Made by a program: the position numbers and the translations under genes. A DNA stretch of 24,552 nt from Candidatus Electronema aureum (lineage in GTDB: Bacteria; Desulfobacterota; Desulfobulbia; Desulfobulbales; Desulfobulbaceae). Shown one piece after another: positions 6,578 to 16,781 of this stretch (position 1 is its first letter; each line of letters begins with the position of its first letter). Where the stretch lies: contig NQJD01000036.1 of assembly GCA_004284765.1 (NCBI GenBank), positions 1-24,552 of the forward strand, read 5' to 3'. The notes beneath the pieces are model-generated. The model did not search any database. It saw only the letters and a program-made list of their open reading frames with translations, and was not told the origin of the DNA.

Positions 6578-9500
6578 CTAACTCTTACCGCAGCCTGCGG
6601 CAAGAGCCTCCCGTCGTGCCACTGCCGAACTACTATCCTCCGGCTCTGGCACGATCTCCTGCTTGGCTGCTGCCATACAGCGAGACATGGTTGTAAACAT
6701 TTCCTTTTCATCAAAAGGTTTACCAATATGATCGCTCATGCCTGCGGCGCGGCTTTTCTCACGATCATCGGCCATAACGTTTGCGGTAAGGGCGATAATC
6801 GGCAGGTATTTGTATTGCAACTGCTTTCTGATTTCAGCGCAGGCGGTGTAGCCGTCCATGACTGGCATCTGAATATCCATCAACACGCAGTCGAAGCTGT
6901 CATTTTCCAGCTTTTTCAATGCCTCTGCTCCGTTATTGGCGATGGTAACTTTGATGTCCTTGCGGCAGAGCAAAATCTTCGCCAGCTCCTGATTCATCTG
7001 GTTATCTTCGACTAAAAGCACTCTCAAGCCGCGCAGATCAAAAAAATCCAGCTCGGCATTTTCCGTTTGTTGCGTGTCCTTGCCCTGATGTACCACCGGC
7101 TCAAAGGGCAGAATGAAATAAAAACGTGAGCCTTTACCCTCGCTTTCGAGCCAGATACTTCCGCCCATCAGTTCGACCAAGTTTTTGCTGATTGAAAGAC
7201 CAAGGCCAGTGCCGCCAAAACGGCGGGTGGTAGAGCTATCCGCTTGGCTAAAGGACTGAAAGAGCCTGCTTTGTTGCTCTGGAGTCATACCAATACCGGT
7301 GTCAGCGACACAAAACTGAAGAACAACCTTTGCTTGCTCTTGCTCCAACCGCTCGACACTGACCTTAACCTCGCCTTTGCTGGTGAATTTAACCGCGTTA
7401 TTGCCAAGATTGATCAGAATTTGGCCAAGTCGGAGCGGATCGCCTTGCACTCTGGCAGGCACATTAGCTGCAACCTCAATATCTAATTCCAGTCCTCTTT
7501 CCTCTGCCTTGAGGCCAATAATGTCGGAAAGGTTGTCGAACACCTTCTGGAGACAGAAGGTAATTTCCTCGATCTCTAACTTGCCCGCCTCGATCTTAGA
7601 AAAATCGAGAATGTCATTGATAATACCGAGCAAAGAAAGCGCAGAATTATAAACTTTTCCGATATAATTCTGTTGCTCTGGGCTGAGTTTAGTCTCTAAC
7701 GCCAAGCGGGACATACCGATGATCGCGTTCATCGGTGTGCGAATTTCGTGGCTCATGTTGGCTAAAAAATCCGATTTGGCGTGGTTAGCGGCTTCGGCCC
7801 GCTCTTGCGCCTCGGCCAATTTTTGGGTGATAAATTCGTATTCGGTGATATCCTCAAGTATGCCGTCAATCGACAACAGACGGCCTGTTTGCTCGCGTAC
7901 CGGATGCGAGGACACGCGGATGGTGCGCAGATTGCCGTCTGGGTGGATGAACTGCATATCGTGCTGGACAAAGTCGGTTTTGTTCTCGCGGATGCGAGAC
8001 AGATGCAAACGAGCCTGATCGAGCGATTCCGGCAGCCATTTGATCTTTTCAGCCCAAGAATTACCACCAGATACTTCTTCTTTAGCGTAACCGAAGACTG
8101 AAACTACCCCATCGCTGGAGTACGTCCACTCTTCAGCATCCGGTTTTTGACTGAAGACCACGAACTTTTCACCGATGTCATCAACTAACCTTTGGTATTT
8201 TTCCTGATTTTGCTGAAGTATCTGCTCCTCAAGTTTCCGCTGGGTGATGTCTCGCACCACCTGAATAATGGCCTCTCCGCCCTCGCTGGCTATAAACTTA
8301 GCCGCCGCTATTTCAAAAATTCGCCCGTCAAAAGCCCCCGGCAGATAGCAAACTGATTTTTCCCCTGCTAAGGCCTCACCTACCTGCTCACGACACCAAG
8401 GATAATGACCATCCTTTACCAGACCGCAGCAGCCGGATTCAGTCAAATCGCCAAACCAGTTGATCATAACTTGATTCATGTAGCGCACTTTGTGGTGCTC
8501 ATCGATAATGACCAAGCCCAGACCAATGCGGGCCAGCGCGTCGATAATCGCAGTTGCCTGTGCCTGTGCGCTCTTTAGTTCTGAAACTCTATCCTTTAAT
8601 TCATCGGTGCGTTCTTTGATCTGCTGTTCCAACCCGGCGTTGATCCTGCGAATAGAGCCTTCAGCCAAGGCTAATTTCCAAGCACTGAAACAGATGACCA
8701 CGGCCAAGAGCAGGGCTATTACCGCTGTTTTTTTGAAAATATCAAATCTGATTTCGTCAATGGTAGCTTTGTCAGTCCAAGAAACCACTTTCCACAGACT
8801 GCGGTTTTCTTGCGGCATGATTCCATTGCGGTCTTTGAATGGACAAATCGTGTTCCAAACCCAGAGACCATCACGATGAAGTAGGGTACCCTCTTCGCTG
8901 CGGCTGATTTCGCTCCAGACTTTTGGTGCGCGCTGAGATAGGTTATCTGTGGGAACTGGTCCTTCTAACCGGCGACCTTCGCTGTTAAAAATTGAGACAT
9001 GATCCCTGATTTTTGAGATTGTTTCAGTAAAGCTGTGCAGCATCTCTTCGGCAGAACAGTTGAAAACCAGAACGCCGTGCCTGCGGCTTTGCTCATCAGC
9101 CAGCGGTGTAGCAACTCGGATGGTCAGCTTGGCAGATTCCTGTTGTTCATTGATTTCTGGTTCAGAAAGGAAAACCTTGCCTGGCTCCAACAGAGAAGCT
9201 GCGAGAAAATAAGACTGGTCTGCCTTGCGGCGCAGGCTGTGCAGCGGCGCAATTTGCGGCTTGCCAAAAACGTGATCCACCCGTACCCGCTCCATGCCCG
9301 TACTGTCAATCCAGCGAATTTGGATATATGCCTGCGTTTGATCATAGACATCCTTGTTCAGCAGGAACAGGATAAAATCATTGGCTAACTGGCGCAGGTT
9401 TTCCTCGGTCGGTGTAGCGACTTGCTCCAGTACAGTCTGCTGCCCAGCAAGATGAAGCAAATCAGAACTGATCGAACGTAGGTGAGTGGTCAGCAAAGCT

Positions 9501-9691
9501 GTACCTTGACTTACGTGCAGAGTTTCCTGAGTTTGGAGACTTTCTAACTCGGCTTCTAACTGAATGCTAGCGTAAAACCATGCACCAGCCAGCAGGAGCA
9601 AAAAGGCCGGAACTATCCGCTTGACAAACAGTGCATCCTGAATTCGCCTGACGGTCTTTATGTATATCCGTTTCATCGCTCTGTCTTTCAT
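6578..9691 (-). CDS. Hybrid sensor histidine kinase (periplasmic sensor, 2 PAS-like, HisKA, HATPase_c, REC)
   Basis: Two TM segments (about aa 27-44 and 322-343) flank a ~280-aa periplasmic domain. H-box [10 protein letters not shown] (His648 codon at 7748-7750), N/G boxes ([25 protein letters not shown]), and receiver VLLVEDN..LMDIQMP (Asp939 codon at 6875-6877)..KPF. Confidence 0.95.
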   Translation of the reverse strand: MKDRAMKRIYIKTVRRIQDALFVKRIVPAFLLLLAGAWFYASIQLEAELESLQTQETLHVSQGTALLTTHLRSISSDLLHLAGQQTVLEQVATPTEENLRQLANDFILFLLNKDVYDQTQAYIQIRWIDSTGMERVRVDHVFGKPQIAPLHSLRRKADQSYFLAASLLEPGKVFLSEPEINEQQESAKLTIRVATPLADEQSRRHGVLVFNCSAEEMLHSFTETISKIRDHVSIFNSEGRRLEGPVPTDNLSQRAPKVWSEISRSEEGTLLHRDGLWVWNTICPFKDRNGIMPQENRSLWKVVSWTDKATIDEIRFDIFKKTAVIALLLAVVICFSAWKLALAEGSIRRINAGLEQQIKERTDELKDRVSELKSAQAQATAIIDALARIGLGLVIIDEHHKVRYMNQVMINWFGDLTESGCCGLVKDGHYPWCREQVGEALAGEKSVCYLPGAFDGRIFEIAAAKFIASEGGEAIIQVVRDITQRKLEEQILQQNQEKYQRLVDDIGEKFVVFSQKPDAEEWTYSSDGVVSVFGYAKEEVSGGNSWAEKIKWLPESLDQARLHLSRIRENKTDFVQHDMQFIHPDGNLRTIRVSSHPVREQTGRLLSIDGILEDITEYEFITQKLAEAQERAEAANHAKSDFLANMSHEIRTPMNAIIGMSRLALETKLSPEQQNYIGKVYNSALSLLGIINDILDFSKIEAGKLEIEEITFCLQKVFDNLSDIIGLKAEERGLELDIEVAANVPARVQGDPLRLGQILINLGNNAVKFTSKGEVKVSVERLEQEQAKVVLQFCVADTGIGMTPEQQSRLFQSFSQADSSTTRRFGGTGLGLSISKNLVELMGGSIWLESEGKGSRFYFILPFEPVVHQGKDTQQTENAELDFFDLRGLRVLLVEDNQMNQELAKILLCRKDIKVTIANNGAEALKKLENDSFDCVLMDIQMPVMDGYTACAEIRKQLQYKYLPIIALTANVMADDREKSRAAGMSDHIGKPFDEKEMFTTMSRCMAAAKQEIVPEPEDSSSAVARREALAAGCGKS

Positions 9692-9820
9692 CTGCCTGTC
9701 GTTCCGACTTTTACCCTGACCTGCTGCATAAAATAACCTGCCAGATGAGCAAGATGCACTATGTCATGCTTTACTGCGCCCCGTCAATACAAATTTCAGT
9801 TGTTTCCGGCCCAGCGAAGC

Positions 9821-9857
9821 AATAAAAAAGGCAGGATGCCGATGAGCACCCTGCCTT
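9821..9857 (-). terminator. Rho-independent terminator of acs
   Basis: Minus-strand RNA AAGGCAGGGUGCU-CAUC-GGCAUCCUGCCUU (12-13 bp stem including G-U pairs, tetraloop) followed by UUUUAUU, 25 nt after the acs TAA. Confidence 0.8.
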
Positions 9858-9881
9858 GGAGAGGCCATGTAGCTTTTCGGC

Positions 9882-11867
9882 TTAGGCCATGCCTTTCCGT
9901 CCTTCAACGAGGTTATCAACCACCGAAGGATCAGCCAAGGTGGAAGTGTCGCCGAAGTTGTCAAAATCGTCAGCAGCAATCTTGCGCAGAATGCGGCGCA
10001 TGATCTTGCCAGAGCGAGTTTTTGGCAGCCCCGGTGCCCACATGATTACTTCCGGGGTGGCAATCGGCCCGATTTCCTTGCGCACATGGTTGCTCAACTC
10101 TTTCTTCAGCGCGTCTGACTCAGTGGCGGAAGCCATCAAGGTAACATAGGCAAAGATGCTCTGGCCTTTGATCGGATGCGGCATTCCAACCACCGCAGCC
10201 TCAGCGACCGCTGGATGAGAAACCAGCGCAGATTCAATCTCAGCCGTGCCAAGACGATGGCCAGAGACGTTGATTACGTCGTCCAAACGGCCCATGACCC
10301 AGAAGCAGCCGTCCTCATCCTTACGCGCCCCGTCCTCTGGGTCGTAAGTGTTGGCATAGCGGCTGAAATACGCTTTTTTGAAGCGTGCGGGATCACCGAA
10401 CACACCGCGCAGCATACCCGGCCAAGGCTTGCGAATGACGAGATGGCCGCCTTCGTTCGGACCAGCCTCGCGTCCTTGCTCATCATAGATGGCCGCATCA
10501 ATACCAGGCAGCGGATAGGTGGCCGAGCCAGGCTTGAGGGTGGTTGCATACGGCAGCGGCGAAATCATGATGCCACCGGTTTCGGTCTGCCACCACGTAT
10601 CAACAATAGGCAGCTTTTCTTTGCCGATGTTGATGTGATACCACATCCATGCTTCCGGGTTGATCGGTTCGCCCACTGAACCCAATACGCGCAGGCTGGA
10701 CAAATCCCAACGTTTGACCGGCTCCTCGCCTTCACGCATCAGTGAGCGGATGACAGTAGGGGCGGTGTAGAAAATATTGACCCGGAATTTTTCCACGATT
10801 TTCCAGAAGCGATCTGGTCCCGGCCAAGAAGGTACGCCCTCAAACATGATTGAGGTTGCGCCAAGACCGAGCGGCCCGTAGAGAATGTAGGAATGCCCAG
10901 TAACCCAACCGATGTCCGCTGTACACCAATAAACATCGTTATCCTTGAGATCAAAGACCCACTGGGTGGTGTGCATGGCGTAGGTCAAATAGCCGCCAGT
11001 CGTATGCACAACTCCCTTCGGCTTGCCGGTGGAGCCGGAAGTATAAAGGATAAACAAGATATCCTCGGCATCCATGGACTCTGGTGCGCAGGTGCTGGAG
11101 ATATCAGCTGCGCCCACTTCCTCATGCCACCAGCAGTCACGGCCTGCCTTCATTTCGACTGCATTGCCTGCCCGACGCACCACGATGCAGCTTTCGACCG
11201 AAGGACAGGTGGCTAAAGCGATATCAGCGTTGGGCTTGAGCGGAATGGTCTTGCCAGCGCGAAGTACAGCATCAGAGGTGATCAGTACCTTAGCTTTGCA
11301 GTCTTCAATCCGACTTTGCAGGGCAATGGCGGAGAAACCAGCAAAAACCACCGAGTGAATCGCACCAATACGGGCGCAGGCCAGCAGAGAGATAGACAAT
11401 TCCGGGATCATCGGCAGATAAATCGCCACCCGGTCGCCCTTTTTCACGCCTTTCTTTTTGAGGACATTGGCGAAGCGACAAACCTCGGTGTGCAGCATCT
11501 GGTAGGTATAGACTTTGACATCGTCTTCCGGCTCGCCTTGCCAAATGATCGCGGCCTTGTTGCGGCGGCCATCGGTCAGATGACGGTCTAAGCAGTTGAC
11601 AGACATGTTCAGCTTGCCGCCCTCAAACCACTTGATCTCAGGCTTGCTGAAATCGCAGTTCATCACCTTGTCCCACTTTTTATCCCAAGTAACTAACTCG
11701 CTGGCTCGCTCGGCCCAGAAACCTTCTGGGTCTTCCATCGAGCGTTTGTAAATCGCCTGATACTCCTCCATAGATTTGATGTAGGCCTGCTCGCGTCCTG
11801 CGACAGGCGGGGCAAAAGAAACGCCTTCTTTGAGTAGGCTTTCAATTTTGTCTTGGTTTTCAGCCAT
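9882..11867 (-). CDS. acs: Acetyl-CoA synthetase (AMP-forming acetate--CoA ligase)
   Basis: Full-length Acs-like sequence with [11 protein letters not shown] and WWQTETGG motifs. ATG at 11867 preceded by GAAGGAGA. The track start at 11882 is 5 codons upstream. Confidence 0.95.
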   Translation of the reverse strand: MAENQDKIESLLKEGVSFAPPVAGREQAYIKSMEEYQAIYKRSMEDPEGFWAERASELVTWDKKWDKVMNCDFSKPEIKWFEGGKLNMSVNCLDRHLTDGRRNKAAIIWQGEPEDDVKVYTYQMLHTEVCRFANVLKKKGVKKGDRVAIYLPMIPELSISLLACARIGAIHSVVFAGFSAIALQSRIEDCKAKVLITSDAVLRAGKTIPLKPNADIALATCPSVESCIVVRRAGNAVEMKAGRDCWWHEEVGAADISSTCAPESMDAEDILFILYTSGSTGKPKGVVHTTGGYLTYAMHTTQWVFDLKDNDVYWCTADIGWVTGHSYILYGPLGLGATSIMFEGVPSWPGPDRFWKIVEKFRVNIFYTAPTVIRSLMREGEEPVKRWDLSSLRVLGSVGEPINPEAWMWYHINIGKEKLPIVDTWWQTETGGIMISPLPYATTLKPGSATYPLPGIDAAIYDEQGREAGPNEGGHLVIRKPWPGMLRGVFGDPARFKKAYFSRYANTYDPEDGARKDEDGCFWVMGRLDDVINVSGHRLGTAEIESALVSHPAVAEAAVVGMPHPIKGQSIFAYVTLMASATESDALKKELSNHVRKEIGPIATPEVIMWAPGLPKTRSGKIMRRILRKIAADDFDNFGDTSTLADPSVVDNLVEGRKGMA

Positions 11868-12051
11868 GAAGTTCTCCTTCAATACGAGTTGGTTGATCTG
11901 AGGATGAAAATCCCGCCGTTGAATGGCAGGCTGCCGACTATAAATTTAATGTATGCAAATAATCAAATCTTCTCCTTTTTGTCAAGCAGAACCGTCTGGC
12001 GGCGGTGGAATAAAGAGAACTTTGTGGCAGATAACCATAAACGTAGGTGAA

Positions 12052-13599
12052 TTACAAAAGCAGCTTGTACACAGCAGGGAGCCAAGGGTAGGGACTTGTA
12101 TCCTCTGGAACACTGGAAATATATTCGTATGCACCTATATCTACCCGATTTCCTGATATACGGGGCTTTCCAGCATAGTCGAAGGGTATCGATTCTGTTG
12201 CGTTACTGTCGCCATCTTGATCGAAGATATCTACGGGTAAGGAGGCAGTATCACCTCTGTCAATGGCTGGCGATGCGACCTGTAGGCGAAAATTTGTTTC
12301 TGCTGTATCGACGAACAGCGGGTCTGCCTTCATATCTACGCTACTGCTAATTCTGTTGTTGTCCGCTGCCCCCAAAACACCCCAGAGGAGATTGTTGCTC
12401 ACTGCAACAGCAGAAGTTGTGGTAGGAATAGATGATATCTGATAACCGCCGTTCTGCCAAGCGATGTTGTTACGGATAGTCAGACCTGTGATGCTCGGAT
12501 TCTCCACATAAATAGCACCGTACCAGTTAATGGATACTCCGTTGTGGGCCAATGTGTTGTTCATTACCACGATATTCTCTATAGGCTCAGTCCCTGAATA
12601 GCTAGATTCATCAGCAAAACAAATGCCTGCCCTGTAGTTATCGTGAATTATGTTGTTGAAAATGCGAATATTGCGAAGCAGTCCGCCACGTTCCGACCCA
12701 ACATAGAGACCAAAGGTGTCAATATGATGAATGTGATTTGCATAAACATCAATATTCTCGGTAAGCTGATCCCAAGCATCAATGTAAACACCGGGACGGT
12801 TGGTATTCAAGTCCCATATTTCATTGTGGTGTACTGAGCCATTTTTTGACCCTTGCTTGATGTCAATTCCCTCACCACCAGTTGTTCCCGACTTTCGGTT
12901 ATGAACAAGGTTTCCTTTAACTTCAAAACGATTCACCCCAGCAACAGTGATCATTTCATTTGGTCCACCCAGATTTGTATCTTCTACCTCATTATTCTCA
13001 ATGATGATGTCAGCAGAAGGGAGTCCAAGTTGGACACTTTTAGTGAACACTTGGATACCAGAAGAGTCAGTGTGTAAAACATGATTTTTTTCAATGATGA
13101 TATGGCGAGAGTTTTCCACATAAATGCCAATACCTTCTGCATTATCGTCCACATTTTTCACTGTAATACCTGAGATGCGGATATATTCTTTATTCCGAAT
13201 GTTGATCAATCCTCCAGCTGTCAGCAGTCGAGCATTACCACCGTCCAGCACTGGCGTGTGGCCATTATATGCTGCAAAGGTGATATATCCGGCAGCAGCA
13301 TTGCCAGAATTGACTGGTGACAAATATTTAACAGTGGGATGGTTATTCATGGCGTATATGCCATTTTTTATGTATGCCGTATCCCCAGCGATCAAAATCG
13401 CCGCTGCCTTTTGCACCGTGGCCCACGGCGCATCTGCGGTGCCGGAATTGGCATCATTACCAGCTACGGCATCGACATAATAAACCGCTGACCACGCGGT
13501 CTGCACGCCTATTATCATCAGAACAAAGAAAGCTGCGTAACAATGTTGCAGTATGCTCAATAAAGTCAATTTTACCATCGTGTCACCGTCGTTCTTCAT
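12052..13599 (-). CDS. Secreted right-handed parallel beta-helix repeat protein (DUF1565-like N-terminus, DIGAYE C-terminal motif)
   Basis: Signal peptide ending AWSA, then YYVDAVAGNDANSGTADAPWATVQKA, repeated N-x-I/V beta-helix rungs, and C-terminal GKPRISGNRVDIGAYEY. The ATG overlaps the protease stop (ATGA). An alternative start is at 13578. Confidence 0.85.
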   Translation of the reverse strand: MKNDGDTMVKLTLLSILQHCYAAFFVLMIIGVQTAWSAVYYVDAVAGNDANSGTADAPWATVQKAAAILIAGDTAYIKNGIYAMNNHPTVKYLSPVNSGNAAAGYITFAAYNGHTPVLDGGNARLLTAGGLINIRNKEYIRISGITVKNVDDNAEGIGIYVENSRHIIIEKNHVLHTDSSGIQVFTKSVQLGLPSADIIIENNEVEDTNLGGPNEMITVAGVNRFEVKGNLVHNRKSGTTGGEGIDIKQGSKNGSVHHNEIWDLNTNRPGVYIDAWDQLTENIDVYANHIHHIDTFGLYVGSERGGLLRNIRIFNNIIHDNYRAGICFADESSYSGTEPIENIVVMNNTLAHNGVSINWYGAIYVENPSITGLTIRNNIAWQNGGYQISSIPTTTSAVAVSNNLLWGVLGAADNNRISSSVDMKADPLFVDTAETNFRLQVASPAIDRGDTASLPVDIFDQDGDSNATESIPFDYAGKPRISGNRVDIGAYEYISSVPEDTSPYPWLPAVYKLLL

Positions 13600-14702
13600 A
13601 TAGCTTCTAAAACCACCTTAATATCCACTTGCCCGTTATCCCGCTGCAAAGTCAGCGTCACGGCTTCCCCGGCTTCATGCTTTTCAACCTCGTCGCGGAG
13701 CTGGTTCCAGCTTTTCACCGGCTCACCGTTCACCGCCACGATGATATCACCAAGAATCAGCCCGCCGCGCACCTGCTGGGTTCCGCGAATACCCGCTTTT
13801 TCTGCCGAAGAACCTGACTCTACACTTAGAACCAGAAGACCATCCAGATTCAATTCTTGCATCAACCGCTGATTGGCGATGCTGATGCCTAAGCCGGGCC
13901 GAAAGAGCTTGCCGTGCTTGATGATTTGCGGCACCACTCGGTTGACTTCATGCACCGGCACCGCAAAACCTACGCCAGAACTCGCGCCCGATGGGCTATA
14001 AATGGCTGTGTTCACGCCGATCAATCGTCCTGCGCTATCCAAAAGTGGCCCGCCGGAATTACCGGGGTTGATGGCCGCATCGGTTTGTATCACGTTGCGG
14101 ATGGTGCGATTGGTCACAGATTTAATCTCCCGACCCAGCGCACTCACCACGCCGGTGGTCAGGGTTTGATCGAGACCAAAGGGATTACCGATTGCAAAAA
14201 CCTTCTGTCCTACCTGTAAATCCTCGGATTCGCCGACCATTATCGGACGCAACTTATCTGCTGGCGCAGTTATTTGCAGAACAGCTAAGTCGCGGTCGGG
14301 TGCTGCACCGACTAACGCGGCTTTCCAATTGCTATGATCGGCCAGCGTGACCTCAATTCGGTTTGCATCTGAAATCACATGATAATTGGTAACAATTCGG
14401 CCTTGTTTGTCCCAGATGAAACCAGAACCAGTACCTTGCGGAATTTCGTAAATATTGAGGCTGAATAGACTGCGCTGCACGGCGATGGAGGTGATATAAA
14501 CCACTGAAGGCGAGGCGGCTCTGAAAACCTCAATGGTGTTTCGCTCGTCCGCGCCGAGATCGCTTCTTGGCACTACCGGACGGGATTCAGCATTGCGGTC
14601 AAGGCCGCCGAATTCCGGGTGCAGCGTGTGGTAGGTGAGATAAATTCCGGCAAGAGCAATCAACAGTACCGTAATCGGACTGGGAGAGCGAAGAAAGCGC
14701 AT
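13596..14702 (-). CDS. HtrA/DegS-like S1C serine protease with one PDZ domain, membrane-anchored
   Basis: N-terminal TM segment. The catalytic motif GNSGGPLLD is seen; the assignment of the His (TNYHV) and Asp (DLAV) of the triad is inferred from S1C family order. C-terminal PDZ-like region. Confidence 0.9.
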   Translation of the reverse strand: MRFLRSPSPITVLLIALAGIYLTYHTLHPEFGGLDRNAESRPVVPRSDLGADERNTIEVFRAASPSVVYITSIAVQRSLFSLNIYEIPQGTGSGFIWDKQGRIVTNYHVISDANRIEVTLADHSNWKAALVGAAPDRDLAVLQITAPADKLRPIMVGESEDLQVGQKVFAIGNPFGLDQTLTTGVVSALGREIKSVTNRTIRNVIQTDAAINPGNSGGPLLDSAGRLIGVNTAIYSPSGASSGVGFAVPVHEVNRVVPQIIKHGKLFRPGLGISIANQRLMQELNLDGLLVLSVESGSSAEKAGIRGTQQVRGGLILGDIIVAVNGEPVKSWNQLRDEVEKHEAGEAVTLTLQRDNGQVDIKVVLEAI

Positions 14703-14732
14703 GGCATTGTCAATCAGGAATTGAGGAGCATG

Positions 14733-14933
14733 TTAGTCGAGCAAACCGCTACGTTGAGCAATAAAACAGAGCAGTAGCCCAAATGCTAAGGCAGTCAGGC
14801 CCATAGTTCGCAGTTTGTCAGGATGCGTTTCAGCCAACTGCCGGAGCCATTGCTGCATTGCTTCGGGAAAGGCCATGTAGGGAATGCCTTCAAAGATCAG
14901 CACCAAGCCGATCAGCGTAATCAGTGTTTTCAT
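14733..14933 (-). CDS. DUF2065 (YjeT-like) small membrane protein
   Basis: MKTLITLIGLVLIFEGIPYMAFPEAMQQWL..RTMGLTALAFGLLL matches the DUF2065 pattern. ATG at 14933 is preferred over the track start at 14969. Confidence 0.7.
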   Translation of the reverse strand: MKTLITLIGLVLIFEGIPYMAFPEAMQQWLRQLAETHPDKLRTMGLTALAFGLLLCFIAQRSGLLD

Positions 14934-14985
14934 AGGTGCCAGCCTACCAAAAGAAAGATGCGGTTGCAATCATCATGCAAACATA

Positions 14986-15015
14986 TTGACAAACAGCGGC
15001 AGAAAAAAGTAATCT
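14986..15015 (+). promoter_or_regulatory. Candidate sigma70 promoter for purM (TTGACA-N18-TAATCT)
   Basis: Hexamers read at 14986-14991 and 15010-15015, 70 nt upstream of the purM ATG. Confidence 0.35.
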
Positions 15016-15085
15016 CGGCAACAGTCAGTCGCGCAGCTGGTTGCTCTGCGGCTGTTTTTTATGGACTTCAGGCATCGACAGAGAA

Positions 15086-16156
15086 ATGACACATACAGAA
15101 GCTCCCGCATCACCACGCTACAGCGAGGCCGGGGTGGACATCGACAAGGGCAACGCCTTTGTTTCCCGCATCAAAAATATCGTTCGCGAGACCCACAGCC
15201 GCACGGTGATTGACGATATCGGCGGCTTTTCCGGCCTGTTCAGCATCGGCAACGCCAACTTGAAAGACCCAGTGCTGGTGGCCTCCACCGACGGCGTGGG
15301 TACCAAGCTGAAAATTGCTCATTTGTGCAACAAACATGACACCATCGGCATCGATTTAGTGGCGATGTGCGTGAATGACGTGATCGTCTGTGGGGCCAAG
15401 CCACTCTTTTTTCTCGATTACTTCGCCTCCTCCTCGCTGGATTTGGAAGTAGCTACCGACGTGATCAAAGGCATCGCCGCAGGTTGTAAGCAGGCCAGCT
15501 GTTCGCTGATCGGCGGCGAGACCGCTGAAATGCCCGGCATGTATCAGCCCGGCGACTACGACTTAGCGGGCTTCACGGTCGGCATCTGCGACCGCGACGC
15601 GATCATCGACAAAAGCAGCATCCGGGCGGGTAATAAAATCATCGGTTTGGCCTCTTCTGGTCTGCACTCCAACGGCTTTTCCTTGGTACGCAAGATCGTG
15701 TTCGAGGAGCTGGGTTTGAACGTAACCGATCAGGTGGCAGAACTCGGCTGTACACTGGGTGAAGAGTTGCTCAAACCGACCCGCATTTACGTGGCCAGCG
15801 TTCTCCGGGTGCTGCGCAATCACAAGATCAATGCAATGGCCCACATCACTGGCGGCGGGTTCTTCGATAACATCCCCAGAGTGCTACCGGAAGGATGCAA
15901 AGCGGTGATCGAAAAAGGCAGCTGGAACCTGCCGCGTATTTTTCCCTTTTTGCAAAAAAAAGGCAAGGTCTCAGAAACGGAGATGTACCGCACCTTCAAC
16001 ATGGGCATCGGCATGATGGTAGTGGTCAGCGAAGCGGATGCAGAGCCGGTCATGCAGCAATTCCGAGCAATGGGCGAACAACCCTTCCTGATCGGCGAAA
16101 TCGCGGCGGCTAAAAAAGATGAGGCCCAAGTGGTCATCAACGGGCTGGCCATTTAA
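15086..16156 (+). CDS. purM: Phosphoribosylformylglycinamidine cyclo-ligase (AIR synthetase)
   Basis: YSEAGVDIDKGNAFV, ASTDGVGTKL, GGETAEMPG. ATG at 15086 is preferred to the track start at 15041. Confidence 0.95.
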   Translation: MTHTEAPASPRYSEAGVDIDKGNAFVSRIKNIVRETHSRTVIDDIGGFSGLFSIGNANLKDPVLVASTDGVGTKLKIAHLCNKHDTIGIDLVAMCVNDVIVCGAKPLFFLDYFASSSLDLEVATDVIKGIAAGCKQASCSLIGGETAEMPGMYQPGDYDLAGFTVGICDRDAIIDKSSIRAGNKIIGLASSGLHSNGFSLVRKIVFEELGLNVTDQVAELGCTLGEELLKPTRIYVASVLRVLRNHKINAMAHITGGGFFDNIPRVLPEGCKAVIEKGSWNLPRIFPFLQKKGKVSETEMYRTFNMGIGMMVVVSEADAEPVMQQFRAMGEQPFLIGEIAAAKKDEAQVVINGLAI

Positions 16157-16164
16157 GCCAAACA

Positions 16165-16187
16165 CTGCGGCGGGTCAGCCGCCGCAG
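16165..16187. terminator. GC-rich hairpin between convergent purM and mog (possible bidirectional terminator)
   Basis: CTGCGGCGG-GTCAG-CCGCCGCAG, a 9-bp stem. The mog stop lies in the loop. No U-tract on either strand. Confidence 0.35.
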
Positions 16188-16681
16188 TCCGTTGCATCTC
16201 CCTTGATCTTGCGGATGCCATGCTCTAAAGCAGATAACACCGCGTGCAGATTCTCTTTTGCCGCCCTTTCGCTGCCCGGCAGGTTGATGATCAAGCATTG
16301 TCCCCGAATCCCGGCTATGCCCCGTGACCAGACTGCTTGCACGGTTTTAGCCAAGCTGGCTTGGCGCATGGCTTCGCCGAGTCCAGGAACCTCCCGCTCA
16401 ATCACCCGCCGGGTAGCCTCTGGCGTGTGGTCAGAAGGAGAAACCCCGGTACCGCCGGTGGTGACGATCAAATCAAGCTGCTTCTTGTCCGCCCATTCCA
16501 TCAAAGTGGAGACAATCAACTCCTCGCAGTCAGGAATGATTTTATACGCCGCAAGAGTGAAACCCTGTGCGACCAGCATTTCCTTCAGTAGCGGCCCGGC
16601 GGTATCCTGTCGCTCTCCGCGTGACCCTTTGTCGCTCAGAGTGAGAACGCCACAGATATAGGGGACTTGGTTCATGTGCAT
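16175..16681 (-). CDS. mog: Molybdopterin adenylyltransferase (MogA/MoaB family)
   Basis: LTLSDKGSRGERQD, VTTGGTGVSPSDHTPEAT, EVPGLGEAMRQASL, INLPGSERAAKE. Confidence 0.9.
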   Translation of the reverse strand: MHMNQVPYICGVLTLSDKGSRGERQDTAGPLLKEMLVAQGFTLAAYKIIPDCEELIVSTLMEWADKKQLDLIVTTGGTGVSPSDHTPEATRRVIEREVPGLGEAMRQASLAKTVQAVWSRGIAGIRGQCLIINLPGSERAAKENLHAVLSALEHGIRKIKGDATDCGG

Positions 16682-16719
16682 AAATCCTCAGTTTATGATC
16701 CACGTCTATCATGAAACTA

Positions 16720-16748
16720 TAGACAGCGATGATGCTCCTCATTATAAC
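16720..16748 (+). promoter_or_regulatory. Candidate sigma70 promoter for glyS (TAGACA-N17-TATAAC)
   Basis: Hexamers at 16720-16725 and 16743-16748, 34 nt upstream of the glyS ATG. Confidence 0.35.
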
Positions 16749-16781
16749 CTTTCCAGCAAGAACCTTTAACGACTTCCAGCA

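Noticed and set aside
6647-6666. Sigma54-like TGGCACGATCTCCTGCTT
   Set aside because: The GG-to-GC spacing is off by one. The site lies inside the kinase coding sequence on the non-coding (plus) strand, with no downstream plus-strand gene.
6523-6726. N-terminal 68-codon extension of the rhodanese ORF (track ORF 6163..6726)
   Set aside because: The extension overlaps the 3' end of the histidine kinase gene in another frame and is Arg/Cys/Gln-rich nonsense-like sequence. An internal ATG at 6522 with a GAGGA SD gives a canonical rhodanese N-terminus.
6728-9388. Multiple 75-129-aa ORFs on both strands within the kinase gene (for example 7781..8101, 8490..8879, 9035..9388)
   Set aside because: They are antisense or off-frame shadows of the 1037-aa kinase ORF, whose domain motifs are unambiguous.
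11868-11882. Upstream start (MKENF) for acs, and similar upstream track starts for purM (15041), DUF2065 (14969), the cytochrome c gene (19478) and the KAP gene (1104)
   Set aside because: In each case the downstream ATG has a better SD and/or gives the canonical family N-terminus or signal peptide.
15040-15066. Weak hairpin (CGCAG..CTGCG) plus T6 run in the purM leader, as an attenuator or ZTP-type riboswitch
   Set aside because: The stem is only 5 bp and the T-run is offset from it. None of the conserved ZTP/pfl motif sequences is present.
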